This document shows positions 29,417-39,468 of a stretch of DNA of 64,000 nucleotides, in pieces. Source of the stretch: a virus (taxonomy: Duplodnaviria; Caudoviricetes); the IMG/VR virus record IMGVR_UViG_3300043812_000016, positions 1 to 64,000 of that record; one strand, 5' to 3'. Made by a program: the position numbers and the translations under genes. Below the pieces are notes generated by a model. The model worked only from the letters and a program-made list of their open reading frames with translations, was not told the origin of the DNA and did no database searches. Each line of letters begins with the position of its first letter. The first letter of the stretch is position 1.

Positions 29417-30178
29417 CTACTTATTATGGTGGAACCAACTAATATCTTTATCAAAGAAAGCGATCATATCATTTGAAAGATACAATAGATAAGTTACAAA
29501 TAATACCCAGTTAGCATCACCTTGGAATGCTGTTACACCCCAAAGGATAACTGACATCACCCCTTGAATGGTCCAGCAGTAGTAAGATTCACTAAATCTT
29601 AGTGTGGTAAGTAAGGAGCCTGTAATACCAATAGTTGCCGCAATTGAGTCGATCCAAGGACGGGGACTAATAAACCAATGAGTATCAGAGTAATAAAGAA
29701 CAGCTAGTACTACTACAAAGAAAAGGATCGTAAGCACCCAGTTACGCAACCCTTTACCCTTTTCATGCAAGAATCGCACTTTCTTATCTACATCTTTAGC
29801 CCAACTAGGCATTAATAAGACGGGTAGATCTAAAGTAATAATATAAACAGTTTGAAGTAATACGTCATTAAAATTCTTGGCTTGAATAGCAACAAAAATA
29901 TAAATAAGTGCTGAAACTAAACCCAAAACCCCATTAAGTGGCTTAGCATTAGTAATTGAAAGAGTACAAGTAAACCCTAATACCCCAGCAAAAAGAGTAG
30001 CAATAGTAACAGCGTTAAACTGTCCCCCACCGATCGTCATCCCAACAATTAAGCCAAGCCCGAGAATTAATAAGAAATAAGAACGAGTTGACCACCCTTT
30101 CATCTGATCAACATACCAACTAGGCTTAAATACCGAATACCATGCAATCTTACTATCTGTGCTTACTGCATTATCCAC
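29417..30178 (-). CDS. pnuC: PnuC-family nicotinamide riboside/nucleoside transporter
   Basis: multiple TM helices, PWIDS...SYYCW motif. Confidence 0.85.
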   Translation of the reverse strand: MDNAVSTDSKIAWYSVFKPSWYVDQMKGWSTRSYFLLILGLGLIVGMTIGGGQFNAVTIATLFAGVLGFTCTLSITNAKPLNGVLGLVSALIYIFVAIQAKNFNDVLLQTVYIITLDLPVLLMPSWAKDVDKKVRFLHEKGKGLRNWVLTILFFVVVLAVLYYSDTHWFISPRPWIDSIAATIGITGSLLTTLRFSESYYCWTIQGVMSVILWGVTAFQGDANWVLFVTYLLYLSNDMIAFFDKDISWFHHNK

Positions 30179-30467
30179 TAACCATCCACTCCTTAATCTT
30201 TATTAGGTCTTACCATAGTAAGCCTTGTCCGCTTAGTGGAACTAAACATCTTATTAATTATACCAAAAAAGAGACCTAATTAGTAGGCCTCCATAGCTAA
30301 TATTTAATTTAATATTGTTAATGTAACTACTTGATAAATCAGTATCCCATATAAGTAGCATAAGAATAAGCCGATTATAATTCCTAAATAACAACCTACA
30401 TAATCCTTAGTACCATTTAAGTAGTAATTAACTCTATAGTAGCTAGAGTTTAAGTCTGCAAGGACAG

Positions 30468-30743
30468 CTAACTGTCTAAGAATAATAACAAGGTACCTTT
30501 TAATTCAGATCCAATCCCTGCTACATGAGCTAACCCCAACAAAAGAAAGAATGTTACAATCTCAAGCACCCAGCTAGTTAATAATAAATATACTCGACCC
30601 TTGAAAGTCGATAGATTGTAGGTATCGTCTAAGATACCAAAATTGTCATGATCTTCCTTATCAAGCTGTTTAAATGGGTAAGCAATTCTTTTTAAAATAG
30701 ACTTTAAATCATATATTCCGAAGCTAAATAGCCAAACTAACAC
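30468..30743 (-). CDS. membrane protein fragment
   Basis: hydrophobic ORF. Confidence 0.45.
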   Translation of the reverse strand: MLVWLFSFGIYDLKSILKRIAYPFKQLDKEDHDNFGILDDTYNLSTFKGRVYLLLTSWVLEIVTFFLLLGLAHVAGIGSELKGTLLLFLDS

Positions 30744-30766
30744 TAGAATTACTGCAAAGATTTTGA

Positions 30767-31237
30767 TTAATAGACATCCCCCTCATAATAGTTAAAGGTT
30801 GGCTTATTAAAGTCAAACTTAGCTAATTCTGATTGTTTGATAAAGTTATGAGCAATCCCATAAGTCATTAGATTAATAGGCTTACCCCAGTCTTCGTCTG
30901 GAATAACAATCACAATGTATTTACCCAAGGCTTCCGCCATACCCAGTTCTACGCCAACTCCGACATCTTCTTCTTCTGGAATATAAGTAACCAAGCAAAC
31001 ATCAGATGTAGCAACGCCAACACAATCGCCCTTATAGGTTGCATTAGCCCATTCTTTATCTTTTAGTAGTTCTGGGTGTTCATCTACTCGTAATCCCTTA
31101 TATTGGTGCTGTAGCGGAATATAAGAGTTAGTAACGTCTACTGTTGGATTAGCCTTAATAGCTTCCATACTCTTGTCATAAGCTTCTTGTTGCTTGTCAC
31201 TAAACCATCCTGCACAAAAGTAAACTGTTTTTGCCAT
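30767..31237 (-). CDS. ndt: nucleoside 2-deoxyribosyltransferase
   Basis: VYFCAGWF, QHQY, EEDVGVGVELG, PINLM as in Lactobacillus NDT. Confidence 0.92.
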   Translation of the reverse strand: MAKTVYFCAGWFSDKQQEAYDKSMEAIKANPTVDVTNSYIPLQHQYKGLRVDEHPELLKDKEWANATYKGDCVGVATSDVCLVTYIPEEEDVGVGVELGMAEALGKYIVIVIPDEDWGKPINLMTYGIAHNFIKQSELAKFDFNKPTFNYYEGDVY

Positions 31238-31314
31238 GAAATAAAAACTCCTCTAATTATGATATGTATTAATTATACCATAATTAGAGGAAAACTAAAT
31301 ACATAATAAAGAAA

Positions 31315-31400
31315 TAGGGTAGGAAGGAATCGAACCTTCGTCTTGGGTTTAATTATTTAGCATAGCTATCCCAATCATTCTACCACTGAAGTATTACCCG
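31315..31400 (-). ncRNA. tRNA-like RNA with 22-nt expanded anticodon loop
   Basis: acceptor GGGTA/TACCC, D loop AGTGGTA, stem TTGGG/CCCAA, T arm GAAGG-TTCGATT-CCTTC. Confidence 0.7.
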
Positions 31401-31524
31401 ATCGACACTTATTTCCAGACAGTAGTGTTATAGTGCCCCACGAAAAGTGTCACTAAACTTCCAGCACTTCTAGCCCACATTGAACATACGCTTAGGTAAT
31501 TTTGTAAATGGTATGTGGGCTATA

Positions 31525-31603
31525 AGCAGGAATATCAGAATTGAACTGATGTTGGTGGAACGAGAAAACGCTCCGAGGTTCTACCAATTGAACTAATTCC
31601 TGC
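31525..31603 (-). ncRNA. tRNA-like RNA with non-canonical anticodon arm
   Basis: acceptor GCAGGAAT/ATTCCTGC, D arm GTTC/GAAC, T arm ATCAG-TTCAATT-CTGAT; anticodon arm GGAGCG-TTTTCT-CGTTCC. Confidence 0.7.
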
Positions 31604-31616
31604 ATAATAAGATCAA

Positions 31617-32358
31617 ATCTGAACATAGCTTTTAAGGAAAGCTGTACAACCTATTAAAATAAGCAACAACAAATTAAATCTAAAGTTACTAACAACGTCA
31701 AATTCAGTCTTGACTAAAACCCACAATGTAATTCATGACGGTTCGCTAACAGTTTTATATGACCAATCTAGTGGTTGTTGGCGCTGAACCACGTTGCTAC
31801 CCTTCTACCCGTGTGGGAGTCTCGCTTTTCTCATATTTACATGAACCATTGCGTAAATCATTGTAATCTATCAGCTTCTTATATCGTCCATAACGTCCCT
31901 CAACCCTTGCTCTGTGATTATTAAAGCCGAAGTGCTAGAAGTTGGTAAGTCCGCCAAAATCCCACTTTCTAAGCCCACACAGAGTAGACAATCGAAACGA
32001 CCACCACAGTCTCCAACGCTATGGAACAAATATTATCTAACAAACATCCAAGACCTTTTTAACGGTTGCGCTCGACCGCCCCTAGTGGGCATTCGCCGTC
32101 GCACACTGGAGTTGCTGTGAATTATCACTCGTACACATTCATATTCTCCTAGCTAAGAACGGGAATGGGATCAGACCCACCTACGTTGAAATGTTCTCCC
32201 TATACAGACAACCATGTTACCATAGCCCTCCGTATCACCTCAGGTTCAATTCGATAATTCTAAATCCCTTTTTCTTACGGTATCACGAACTGAAATCCCT
32301 TAAAATCATATTAGTCCCCAAAGCGGGACCTAGAGGCTTGCTCTATAGCTATTCAAAT
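31617..32358 (-). ncRNA. large (~740 nt) structured ncRNA, candidate ROOL/GOLLD-class
   Basis: GC-enriched, no credible ORF, terminal helix ATTTGAATAGCT / AGCTA(TG)TTCAGAT, GNRA hairpin, adjacent to tRNA-like genes. Confidence 0.6.
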
Positions 32359-32382
32359 ATCTAAAGTTCTAACTCACTAAAA

Positions 32383-32652
32383 TCAGAGGTTAATGTGAAG
32401 TCCCCTGCTTTCAAGAATATTGCCTAAACGACCAATATTCGTAAGTTCTTTATTATAATAGCATATCTTACCACCAGTAGCAAACATTTTATTAATTTCT
32501 GTAGTGGGGATAAATCCTTCTGGTAAATAACATTTAGTTTGGTCAACTGCTTTAAGCAAGTCTGGATGAGCTTGATAATCTTTAACACTAATCCCTTTTT
32601 GCACTGTTTCTAAAGACATCACAATCATTTGACTAACTAAGTCATCAATCAT
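32383..32652 (-). CDS. hypothetical protein (5' part frameshifted)
   Basis: ORF. Confidence 0.5.
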   Translation of the reverse strand: MIDDLVSQMIVMSLETVQKGISVKDYQAHPDLLKAVDQTKCYLPEGFIPTTEINKMFATGGKICYYNKELTNIGRLGNILESRGLHINL

Positions 32653-33143
32653 TAAGTATTGATCGGTAATTCCAGCAAAGCGATAAGTATGCTCAGTAAA
32701 ACCAAAGTCAAGCTCAGTTCGTCTGTCATTACGATAGATCTTATTTCTGTTTTTCCAACCGTTCCAACTGCTTATCAGAAATATCCCGGCAGTTAATTAC
32801 TAACATACCGGGATACTTAACTCCAATATCATAGAGAACTTGATAAACACGCTGACGATTGCTATTCAACCGTCTCTTCACCATCTTGTTCTTCTCCTTC
32901 TGGTTCCTTTTCTACTTCCAAGTTAGGTAGGTCTACGTCCAAGGTTAATTGAATTGTATAGTTTTCGTCATCGCTATTATCATAAGGACTTTGAACCACA
33001 GATTCTTCTGCAACTAAGGTAACCCTTCTTCTTGGTCAACAAGGGATTTAAGTTCTTCTAAGAACCACTTTTGGAAATCCTCTGGAGTAAGAGTCAGATA
33101 ATATTAGCAATAAATACCAAGAATTGTTAGTTCATTTCGTACT

Positions 33144-33383
33144 TCATAAAATCCTTAAGTGACTATCCACTCGTTTACTCTGAATCTTAGAATAAGTTAA
33201 CCGCAAATAACCAGTCTTAGTGTCCTTATCAATAAAACGTTCAAATTCAGGCTGTACATATCGCTTAGTGTGCATCGCTTTGAGATAGAAACGAAACGCC
33301 ATCGCCTTAACAAGAGCCTTAGTAGGCAATACAGCTTTTTTACCTTGGTATTCAGCAAAATATAAACCAGCTAAACTTTTCAT
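33144..33383 (-). CDS. hypothetical protein
   Basis: ORF with RBS. Confidence 0.55.
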   Translation of the reverse strand: MKSLAGLYFAEYQGKKAVLPTKALVKAMAFRFYLKAMHTKRYVQPEFERFIDKDTKTGYLRLTYSKIQSKRVDSHLRIL

Positions 33384-33536
33384 TACTTTTCCCCCTAAGC
33401 TAATTTACTTGCTACTTTGATCAATTCAGAGGTCTTAGCTTGTTGAAGCTTAAGAACCTTACCAGTATCGGTTGTAATCGTTCTAATACCCTTAGAACGC
33501 AATTGGTGCTTAACTTGTGCTTTCATTCCAGTCATG

Positions 33537-34010
33537 CTACTTTTCCTCCTCAAATTCTTGATACACGCCCATAGGATGTTTATTAGCAACGTAAGCCTCA
33601 GCAGAAGCAACAATTCCAGCTAGGATGTCATCTAAGAAAACATTACAGCTATTCTTACGTGCGTCTACCTTGCCAATAATTCCGGGCTTTACATGATCTA
33701 AATAGCCTAGATTTGAAATACCAATCCCACCGAAGATCTCAACACAACCATGCGATAAAGTTTCATCACATTGAAAAAGTCCCGAGTCTTCATTAAGAAT
33801 TTCAGCAAGATATTGATCTTCAATTCCTCGATCAGCCCACATATCAAGATTAATACCTAAAAGCAAAATATTTTGAATTTCACGCTTATTCAATACGTGG
33901 TAAACAGCGTCAATACATTCGTCTAATTCAATATCTGGGTTATGCTCTTTTTGTCCTGCATACACAAGTCCACCCAAAGACTCTACAGGTACATTACGTT
34001 TATCCAACAA
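33537..34010 (-). CDS. pgpA: phosphatidylglycerophosphatase A family (YutG-like)
   Basis: LNKREIQN, LFQCDETL, NLGYLDHVKPGII, FLDDILAGIVASA. Confidence 0.85.
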   Translation of the reverse strand: MLDKRNVPVESLGGLVYAGQKEHNPDIELDECIDAVYHVLNKREIQNILLLGINLDMWADRGIEDQYLAEILNEDSGLFQCDETLSHGCVEIFGGIGISNLGYLDHVKPGIIGKVDARKNSCNVFLDDILAGIVASAEAYVANKHPMGVYQEFEEEK

Positions 34011-34227
34011 GTCTAAAACGTGTTGGTAAAGTGTCTTTTCGATTATTCACGTCCTTTACATACATAGCTTTTAAGAAATTATTGAAATCCCTAACACCTT
34101 GTTCCGTTGCTTGTTGTTTCCAAGCACTAACAACATTATTGATGACTTGATCCATATTGGATAGGTCTGGTTTCATAGCAAAATAGCCAGTTAATTTCTT
34201 ACCAATGATTTTTCTTGTGCATAGCAT
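34000..34227 (-). CDS. hypothetical protein
   Basis: ORF in operon. Confidence 0.55.
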   Translation of the reverse strand: MLCTRKIIGKKLTGYFAMKPDLSNMDQVINNVVSAWKQQATEQGVRDFNNFLKAMYVKDVNNRKDTLPTRFRLVG

Positions 34228-34739
34228 TAACTAGAATTTCGCCTTGGTAGCCATCAGTAAAATACAGACCATCAAAGTTAGGATCTTTAATAATTTCCTT
34301 TACTTGCTTCTCCATTTTTAACAACTCGCCCTTTAGATTATCAACTAATGGGTGAGGAGAAATAATTTCAAATTCCATACTAACACCTTATTTCAGAAGC
34401 AACAACATTCGATCCTCAGCTACATGAACATTCGTATCAAGCTGTAATTTCAACAGGGAGGTATCTACGTTGTGTTTTACACCAGTTTCGGCTAATGGTA
34501 CTAGAATTTCCTTAAAACGGCTCTCAGCGCATTCTGGAGCTTTACAGACGGTATAAGCAACTGGACCATCCGAAAGTTGTCTGAATTTAACCTAATTCAA
34601 ACTCGTCTAACTGATCTCGTAGCTTATAAACGATCTGAGTAAGGATTACTAATCAAATTTTCGATCATATTGACCATTTCATAATTAGAATAGCCAATGT
34701 ATTTGAACAAGTAATACAATTTTACATAATAAGTTTTGA

Positions 34740-35000
34740 TTAACCAACTCTACCTTTCCACTGCTTGATTTTTGATACTTGAAAGTCATTCCATTCGTCT
34801 ACCTAGCCTTTCTCCTTGATAAATTCTAACCAAAGGTGAGGAAGCCATTCCGTGACTTTCCATGTAATTTATAATATCCATTCGAGTCTCAGCCAAACGA
34901 TCAATCAAAACCATCTTTGTCGACATCAACTGGGACAATTGCTTTTCTGTAACTTACACTTCATACAATTAGGTGTATGAAAGATAATTGCATGGTACAT
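34740..35000 (-). pseudogene. nrdH: NrdH-like glutaredoxin (frameshifted, probably sequence error)
   Basis: MYHAIIFHTPNCMKCK ... GMASSPLV ... EWNDFQVSKIK across frames. Confidence 0.65.
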
Positions 35001-35145
35001 TCAATATTCTCTTTTCGTTGTTCAGATTTAATAGTTTAATTATACTCCTTAACCCAATCCTAAGTGCTAATTCTATAGCAGGAAAATTTTATTTTTTTTC
35101 ACTATAAAATGGTTTTAATGGGAGAAAGTGTGATATACTAGTATT

Positions 35146-35610
35146 CGGGTAATTAACGTTACCTAATTGAATAGTGTAAACCGACAGCGACCTTGGTATG
35201 TATATAACTGCCTAAGCCTTGGTAGTCGGTAGGGTTTAGTCTCCCAATAGTCGTGGTATGACTCAGTAGACTCGCTACCAATAGGTAACGTTAAAGGCTC
35301 TTGTACGTGCCTGTCATTATTTCCCTCCCTTTCGTGGGAAAGACGAAACGTAACAGGGTGGTAATGATTAGTTCTGCTAATTATTGCTTGGACCGCGTAT
35401 TGGGGTTCCAATCCTAACTTATCAACTTTGCTCAGGGAGGTCCCTGAGGATAAACAAAAAAAAGCTCTGATTCCCGGATGCTAAAACTAGGATGTGATAA
35501 GTAGGACCAAGGGTGCGCTGAGGTTAAAAATGGAACAGTACGAATAAGCCGTAAAACGTAAATAAGTACTGATGTCTTGCGGAGTAATTATTACTCTGTC
35601 TTTATTCTCG
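35146..35610 (+). ncRNA. ~460-nt structured ncRNA candidate
   Basis: TG-TATACT -10 at 35131-35139; long helix ttaacgttaccta/taggtaacgttaa; further helices cctaacttatca/tgataagtagg, ctcaggga/tccctgag, cagtac/gtactg. Confidence 0.6.
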
Positions 35611-36080
35611 CTAATTAGTGATAGCTTTACTTGATCTAATTATATTAGAATTAAAACTTAACAAATCATATGACATACCTCTCTAATACTGTAATATCAA
35701 TAACTAGAGTAGATTTATTACTAGAGAATTGACTGCATATTAGGGGGTGCTGTTTTGTTTTGTTGTTTCTTTTAAGTGTAATAAGCTAGGGTTAGATAGT
35801 CTGAGTTAAAGCTTAGTCCTTATTAATCTTATCTTATTATCTAGTATTTAAACTTAAGGAAGTAAGTAAGGTATAAGGTAATAAGATAGAGTAATAATAA
35901 GTAAGACATAAGCTAGAGATAAAGACTAGATATAGAGTAAGGATAAAGAAGAGAAGAAAAAAGATAGGGTAGTAAGAAAGTTTGAAATAAGGATTTACTT
36001 CTAAGCAAGATGAAGTTAGAATTTACACATAGCGTTACTTAATACAAGTTAGCTAATACATATGAATAAAACTAGAAGGT

Positions 36081-37185
36081 ATGAATAAAATGAGAACAAA
36101 ATCTAATACAGTTAAATCACTTAATAATCTTAAGCTGTTAAAGCAAGGTGATTTCAGTTATAAAATTGTAGTCACAAGCTATCACAATCAAAATCTTGAT
36201 TTAGGTCCGATTCAATTAGTGTCCTATGGCTATCTTATTATGGGAAATAGTAAGACTGATCGAGGTTATAAAGCTGTTAAAAATCTTAATCAGTTTATCC
36301 TTAACATGAGAGCTTTGATTATTGCTCTTCAAACGATGAAGAAAAGACAGGTTACTTGTATTGAAATCCAAGACCCTAAATTAAGAGACTTGATTACTGG
36401 TAAGGTTAACCCAGATGATATTAGGCTAACCCCTAAGGAAAGAAAGATGTTAATTAAGGTTGGGGAATTGCTTTCTCAATTTAAGAAAGGATTTCTTATT
36501 AAAGAAGTTGATCCTAGTCCTAGGGTGTATCAAGAATTAATGAAAATTCTTAAAACAATTAGACCTCATATTAGTGCAAGATTAAGAAAGAAATTTACTA
36601 GAAATAAGGTTGAACGTAAATCTGGTAATCCTATCATTATCCAAAAAGGTAAGAAACATATTGACTATGGATTTACTCCTTTATCACAGCTTGATTTTTT
36701 GCCTAAGAAAGCTATTAAAATTTACACTGATGGTGGTAAAAGAAATAAGACTAAGATTGGTGCTTATGCTTATTCGATTCAAATTCCAGACCGTCCCGCT
36801 ATCAATTTTAATAAAGCAGGTTCAAAACACTACTAACCAGCGAATGGAGTTAAAAGCAGTTTTGCAAGCTTTAAGAGATGCTCATTACTTACACGATAAA
36901 CCAATTATTATTGTTACTGATTCTCAGTATGTAATTAAAGCTCTGACTAACGATAGCTGGTTATACACTTGGGCGAAGAATGATTTGAAGAAACCTAACG
37001 GCGAAAAAATTAAGAATGCTGATCTTTGGCTGAGTATGTTAAAGCATTTGAAGAAGTTTAGTAACGTCTTCTTATATAAAGTAGAAAGCCATCAAGATAA
37101 TAAAGGAAATAATTTTGTTGACGATCTTGTTAATCAAGCTATGGACGAATACCAAGAAAAGAAAGGAATTAAAAGTAATAATTGA
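36081..37185 (+). CDS. rnhA: ribonuclease HI with N-terminal extension (frameshift ~36820)
   Basis: IYTDGG, TTNQRMEL, VTDSQY, NADLW, HQDNKGNNFVD split across ORFs 36081-36836 and 36610-37185. Confidence 0.88.
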
Positions 37186-37246
37186 TTGACTTCTAAAAAC
37201 ATCGAAGTTAGAATTAAAATATATTAAAGGAAAGGAAGTTATAATA

Positions 37247-37579
37247 ATGACTAAACTTAGTAATGAAGACCAAGCAAAATACGAACGCTCTATGGATATG
37301 GCACAAGAACTAATTGAAAAAATGGGTGATACTTGGGACGGAGCTGATATTGAAGACATTATCTTCTCAATTGGTGTAGCGGTTGACGATCTTTGTACAA
37401 CTACTGATTTCCCACAAGAATTAGCCAATGATATTATCAGCATCACGCTTACCGATGACGATAGTACGGAAAGTGAATTAACTGATGAGGACGATGACCA
37501 TATGGAAGTTATTTCCTTAGATGAAGACGATAGTATCGAATTCCTCAAACATTTACTTAGTAAAAAAGATAATAATTAA
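37247..37579 (+). CDS. acidic hypothetical protein
   Basis: promoter, RBS, terminator ~37584-37612. Confidence 0.75.
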   Translation: MTKLSNEDQAKYERSMDMAQELIEKMGDTWDGADIEDIIFSIGVAVDDLCTTTDFPQELANDIISITLTDDDSTESELTDEDDDHMEVISLDEDDSIEFLKHLLSKKDNN

Positions 37580-37627
37580 GTATTAGGACTTGTCTAATTG
37601 ACAGGTCTTTTTATTTTGTCTTAACTT

Positions 37628-37682
37628 TGTAATATTGTTGTAACATTGCTGTAGTTGTTCTGTAATAGGTGCGTGCTATAGT
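37628..37682 (+). promoter_or_regulatory. four WalR-box-like hexamers with 5-nt spacing plus extended -10
   Basis: TGTAAT-N5-TGTAAC-N5-TGTAGT-N5-TGTAAT, then TG-c-TATAGT. Confidence 0.7.
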
Positions 37683-37803
37683 AAAGGTGTAATCAAATAT
37701 GAATATTGTATGAACAAACAAAGAATTCGTATGTAAATGAAAGGATAGATGGTTTATTTTATTATCTAAGAAGAACAATGTTAAATTCGCTTTAGCTGGT
37801 GCT

Positions 37804-38403
37804 GTGATGGCAGGTGCTTTACTTGGTGCTACTACAGCTAATGCTGACACTAAGATTGATGATACTCATGTACGGGTAGAAGCTGGAGATACTGTTTCTG
37901 GCATTGCTAACAAGTACGGTACTGACGTATCAACAATTGCATCTGCTAGTAACCTTAGCGATGCTAACAAGATCTTCGTTGGTGATATTTTAGTGCTTAC
38001 TCCAGAAGCACAGCAACCAACTACTAATAATGTACAAACTCCAGTAGCTAACCAAGCTCAACCAGCTAGTCAAGCTACTGTTAATACTCAACCTGTACAG
38101 AACCAACCAGTGCAATCACAAGCACCTGTACAACAATCAACTACCCCAGTTCAAAGTCAACCAGCTACATCTGCTGTTTCTGGTTCAGTTCATGACCAAA
38201 GAATGATTGCTATTGTAATGCCTGAGTCTGGTGGTAATCCTAATGCTACAAATGGTCAATACTCAGGTTTAGGACAAACTAATCAAAGCTGGGGAACTGG
38301 TTCTGTGGCTTCTCAAACTCAAGGTATGATTAATTATGCTAATTCTCGTTATGGTTCTGTAGCAGGTGCTGTTGCCTTCCGTCAAGCTCACGGTTGGTGG
38401 TAA
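37804..38403 (+). CDS. secreted LysM / aggregation-promoting-factor-like cell-wall hydrolase
   Basis: signal peptide (true start probably ~50 nt upstream), LysM, QP linker, ESGGN...YGS...FRQAHGWW lysozyme-like C-domain. Confidence 0.85.
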   Translation: MMAGALLGATTANADTKIDDTHVRVEAGDTVSGIANKYGTDVSTIASASNLSDANKIFVGDILVLTPEAQQPTTNNVQTPVANQAQPASQATVNTQPVQNQPVQSQAPVQQSTTPVQSQPATSAVSGSVHDQRMIAIVMPESGGNPNATNGQYSGLGQTNQSWGTGSVASQTQGMINYANSRYGSVAGAVAFRQAHGWW

Positions 38404-38864
38404 AATTAAATAATTGACATCAATTAGTCTTATGTTATACTTATGGTATACATAGGGCTTTTTAATTTATCTTAAATAGTCCAATTTTAGTTGAAATGGG
38501 AGAAGTTCAATAATATGGAAATTACTACTAAAGAGCTTATTGATCATGCAGGAGAAAACATTGATATAGGACGCTAGACTTGTTAATAGTCATACCCGTT
38601 GGCTTGACTATGTTAAGGCTACTCTTCGAGATATAGACCCAAAGTATTATGATAATGTAGAAGATAGATTTAAAGATTTAGCTTTTAGCTTAATTGAGCT
38701 TCTTGGAGAAGCTACTACACAAATCACTAATCTTGATGACGAATTAGACCAAAAAGATGATGAATGGGATAACTATGTTGACGATATTCGGGCTGAATAC
38801 GATGATAGAATAGCTGACTTAGAAACAGAACTAGCAGGAGCTAGGGAAGAGGAGGACGATTAAC

Positions 38865-39263
38865 ATGAATTATATTGATCTAGCTTATACCGTTGAAAAA
38901 GATAAGGTAGAAGAAAAAGTTAAAGAGATTACTGTCGGTAATGAATACCGAGTAGCTAACATTGTTCCATTTGACGAAGACAATATGCTTCTTTGCTTAA
39001 CTAAAGCGCCAGCCACTAATCATGGTTATCAGCCTAAACAATTAGGAGAAATGAAACCTCGTAACCGTGCAGGAGAACCAGCTACTACTCGCCAGCTTAA
39101 TTATATTCGGCAATTAGCTAATAAAGCTGATAAGGACCCGGCAAGCTTAGATTTAGATAATCTAACGAAGAAAGACGCTGGGCGCTTAATTGGTCGGCTT
39201 AAAAAGAACAAAAAGTCCCTAAAGGTCAAGAAGATCTTGATTTCGGACAGGGTTTTGATATGA
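38865..39263 (+). CDS. hypothetical protein with DUF3072-like motif
   Basis: EPATTRQLNYIRQL...LTKKDAGRLI. Confidence 0.6.
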   Translation: MNYIDLAYTVEKDKVEEKVKEITVGNEYRVANIVPFDEDNMLLCLTKAPATNHGYQPKQLGEMKPRNRAGEPATTRQLNYIRQLANKADKDPASLDLDNLTKKDAGRLIGRLKKNKKSLKVKKILISDRVLI

Positions 39264-39308
39264 ATGAATTAGATCAGATGAATTTTGGAAATTAATTCAT
39301 AATTCCTC

Positions 39309-39337
39309 TTGCTTTTCTAATGAGACAGGTGTATTAT
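39309..39337 (+). promoter_or_regulatory. promoter of tRNA cluster
   Basis: TTGCTT-17-TATTAT. Confidence 0.65.
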
Positions 39338-39395
39338 AGAATTGTTGGTTAAATACATTAATTAAATGTTAGTCAAATGGCCAATCCTTTCTTAT

Positions 39396-39468
39396 CGTGG
39401 AGTGGAGCAGTTGGTAGCTCGCCAGACCCATTATCTGGAGGCCACAGGTTCAAGTCCTGTCTCCGCAA
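39396..39468 (+). tRNA. tRNA-Met(CAT), initiator-like (C1:A72), atypical anticodon loop CC-CAT-TA
   Basis: full cloverleaf folded by hand. Confidence 0.85.

Noticed and set aside
31914-32120. 68-aa + strand ORF (also 35163-35411 on the - strand)
   Set aside because: Antisense to predicted structured RNAs, no RBS, atypical composition.
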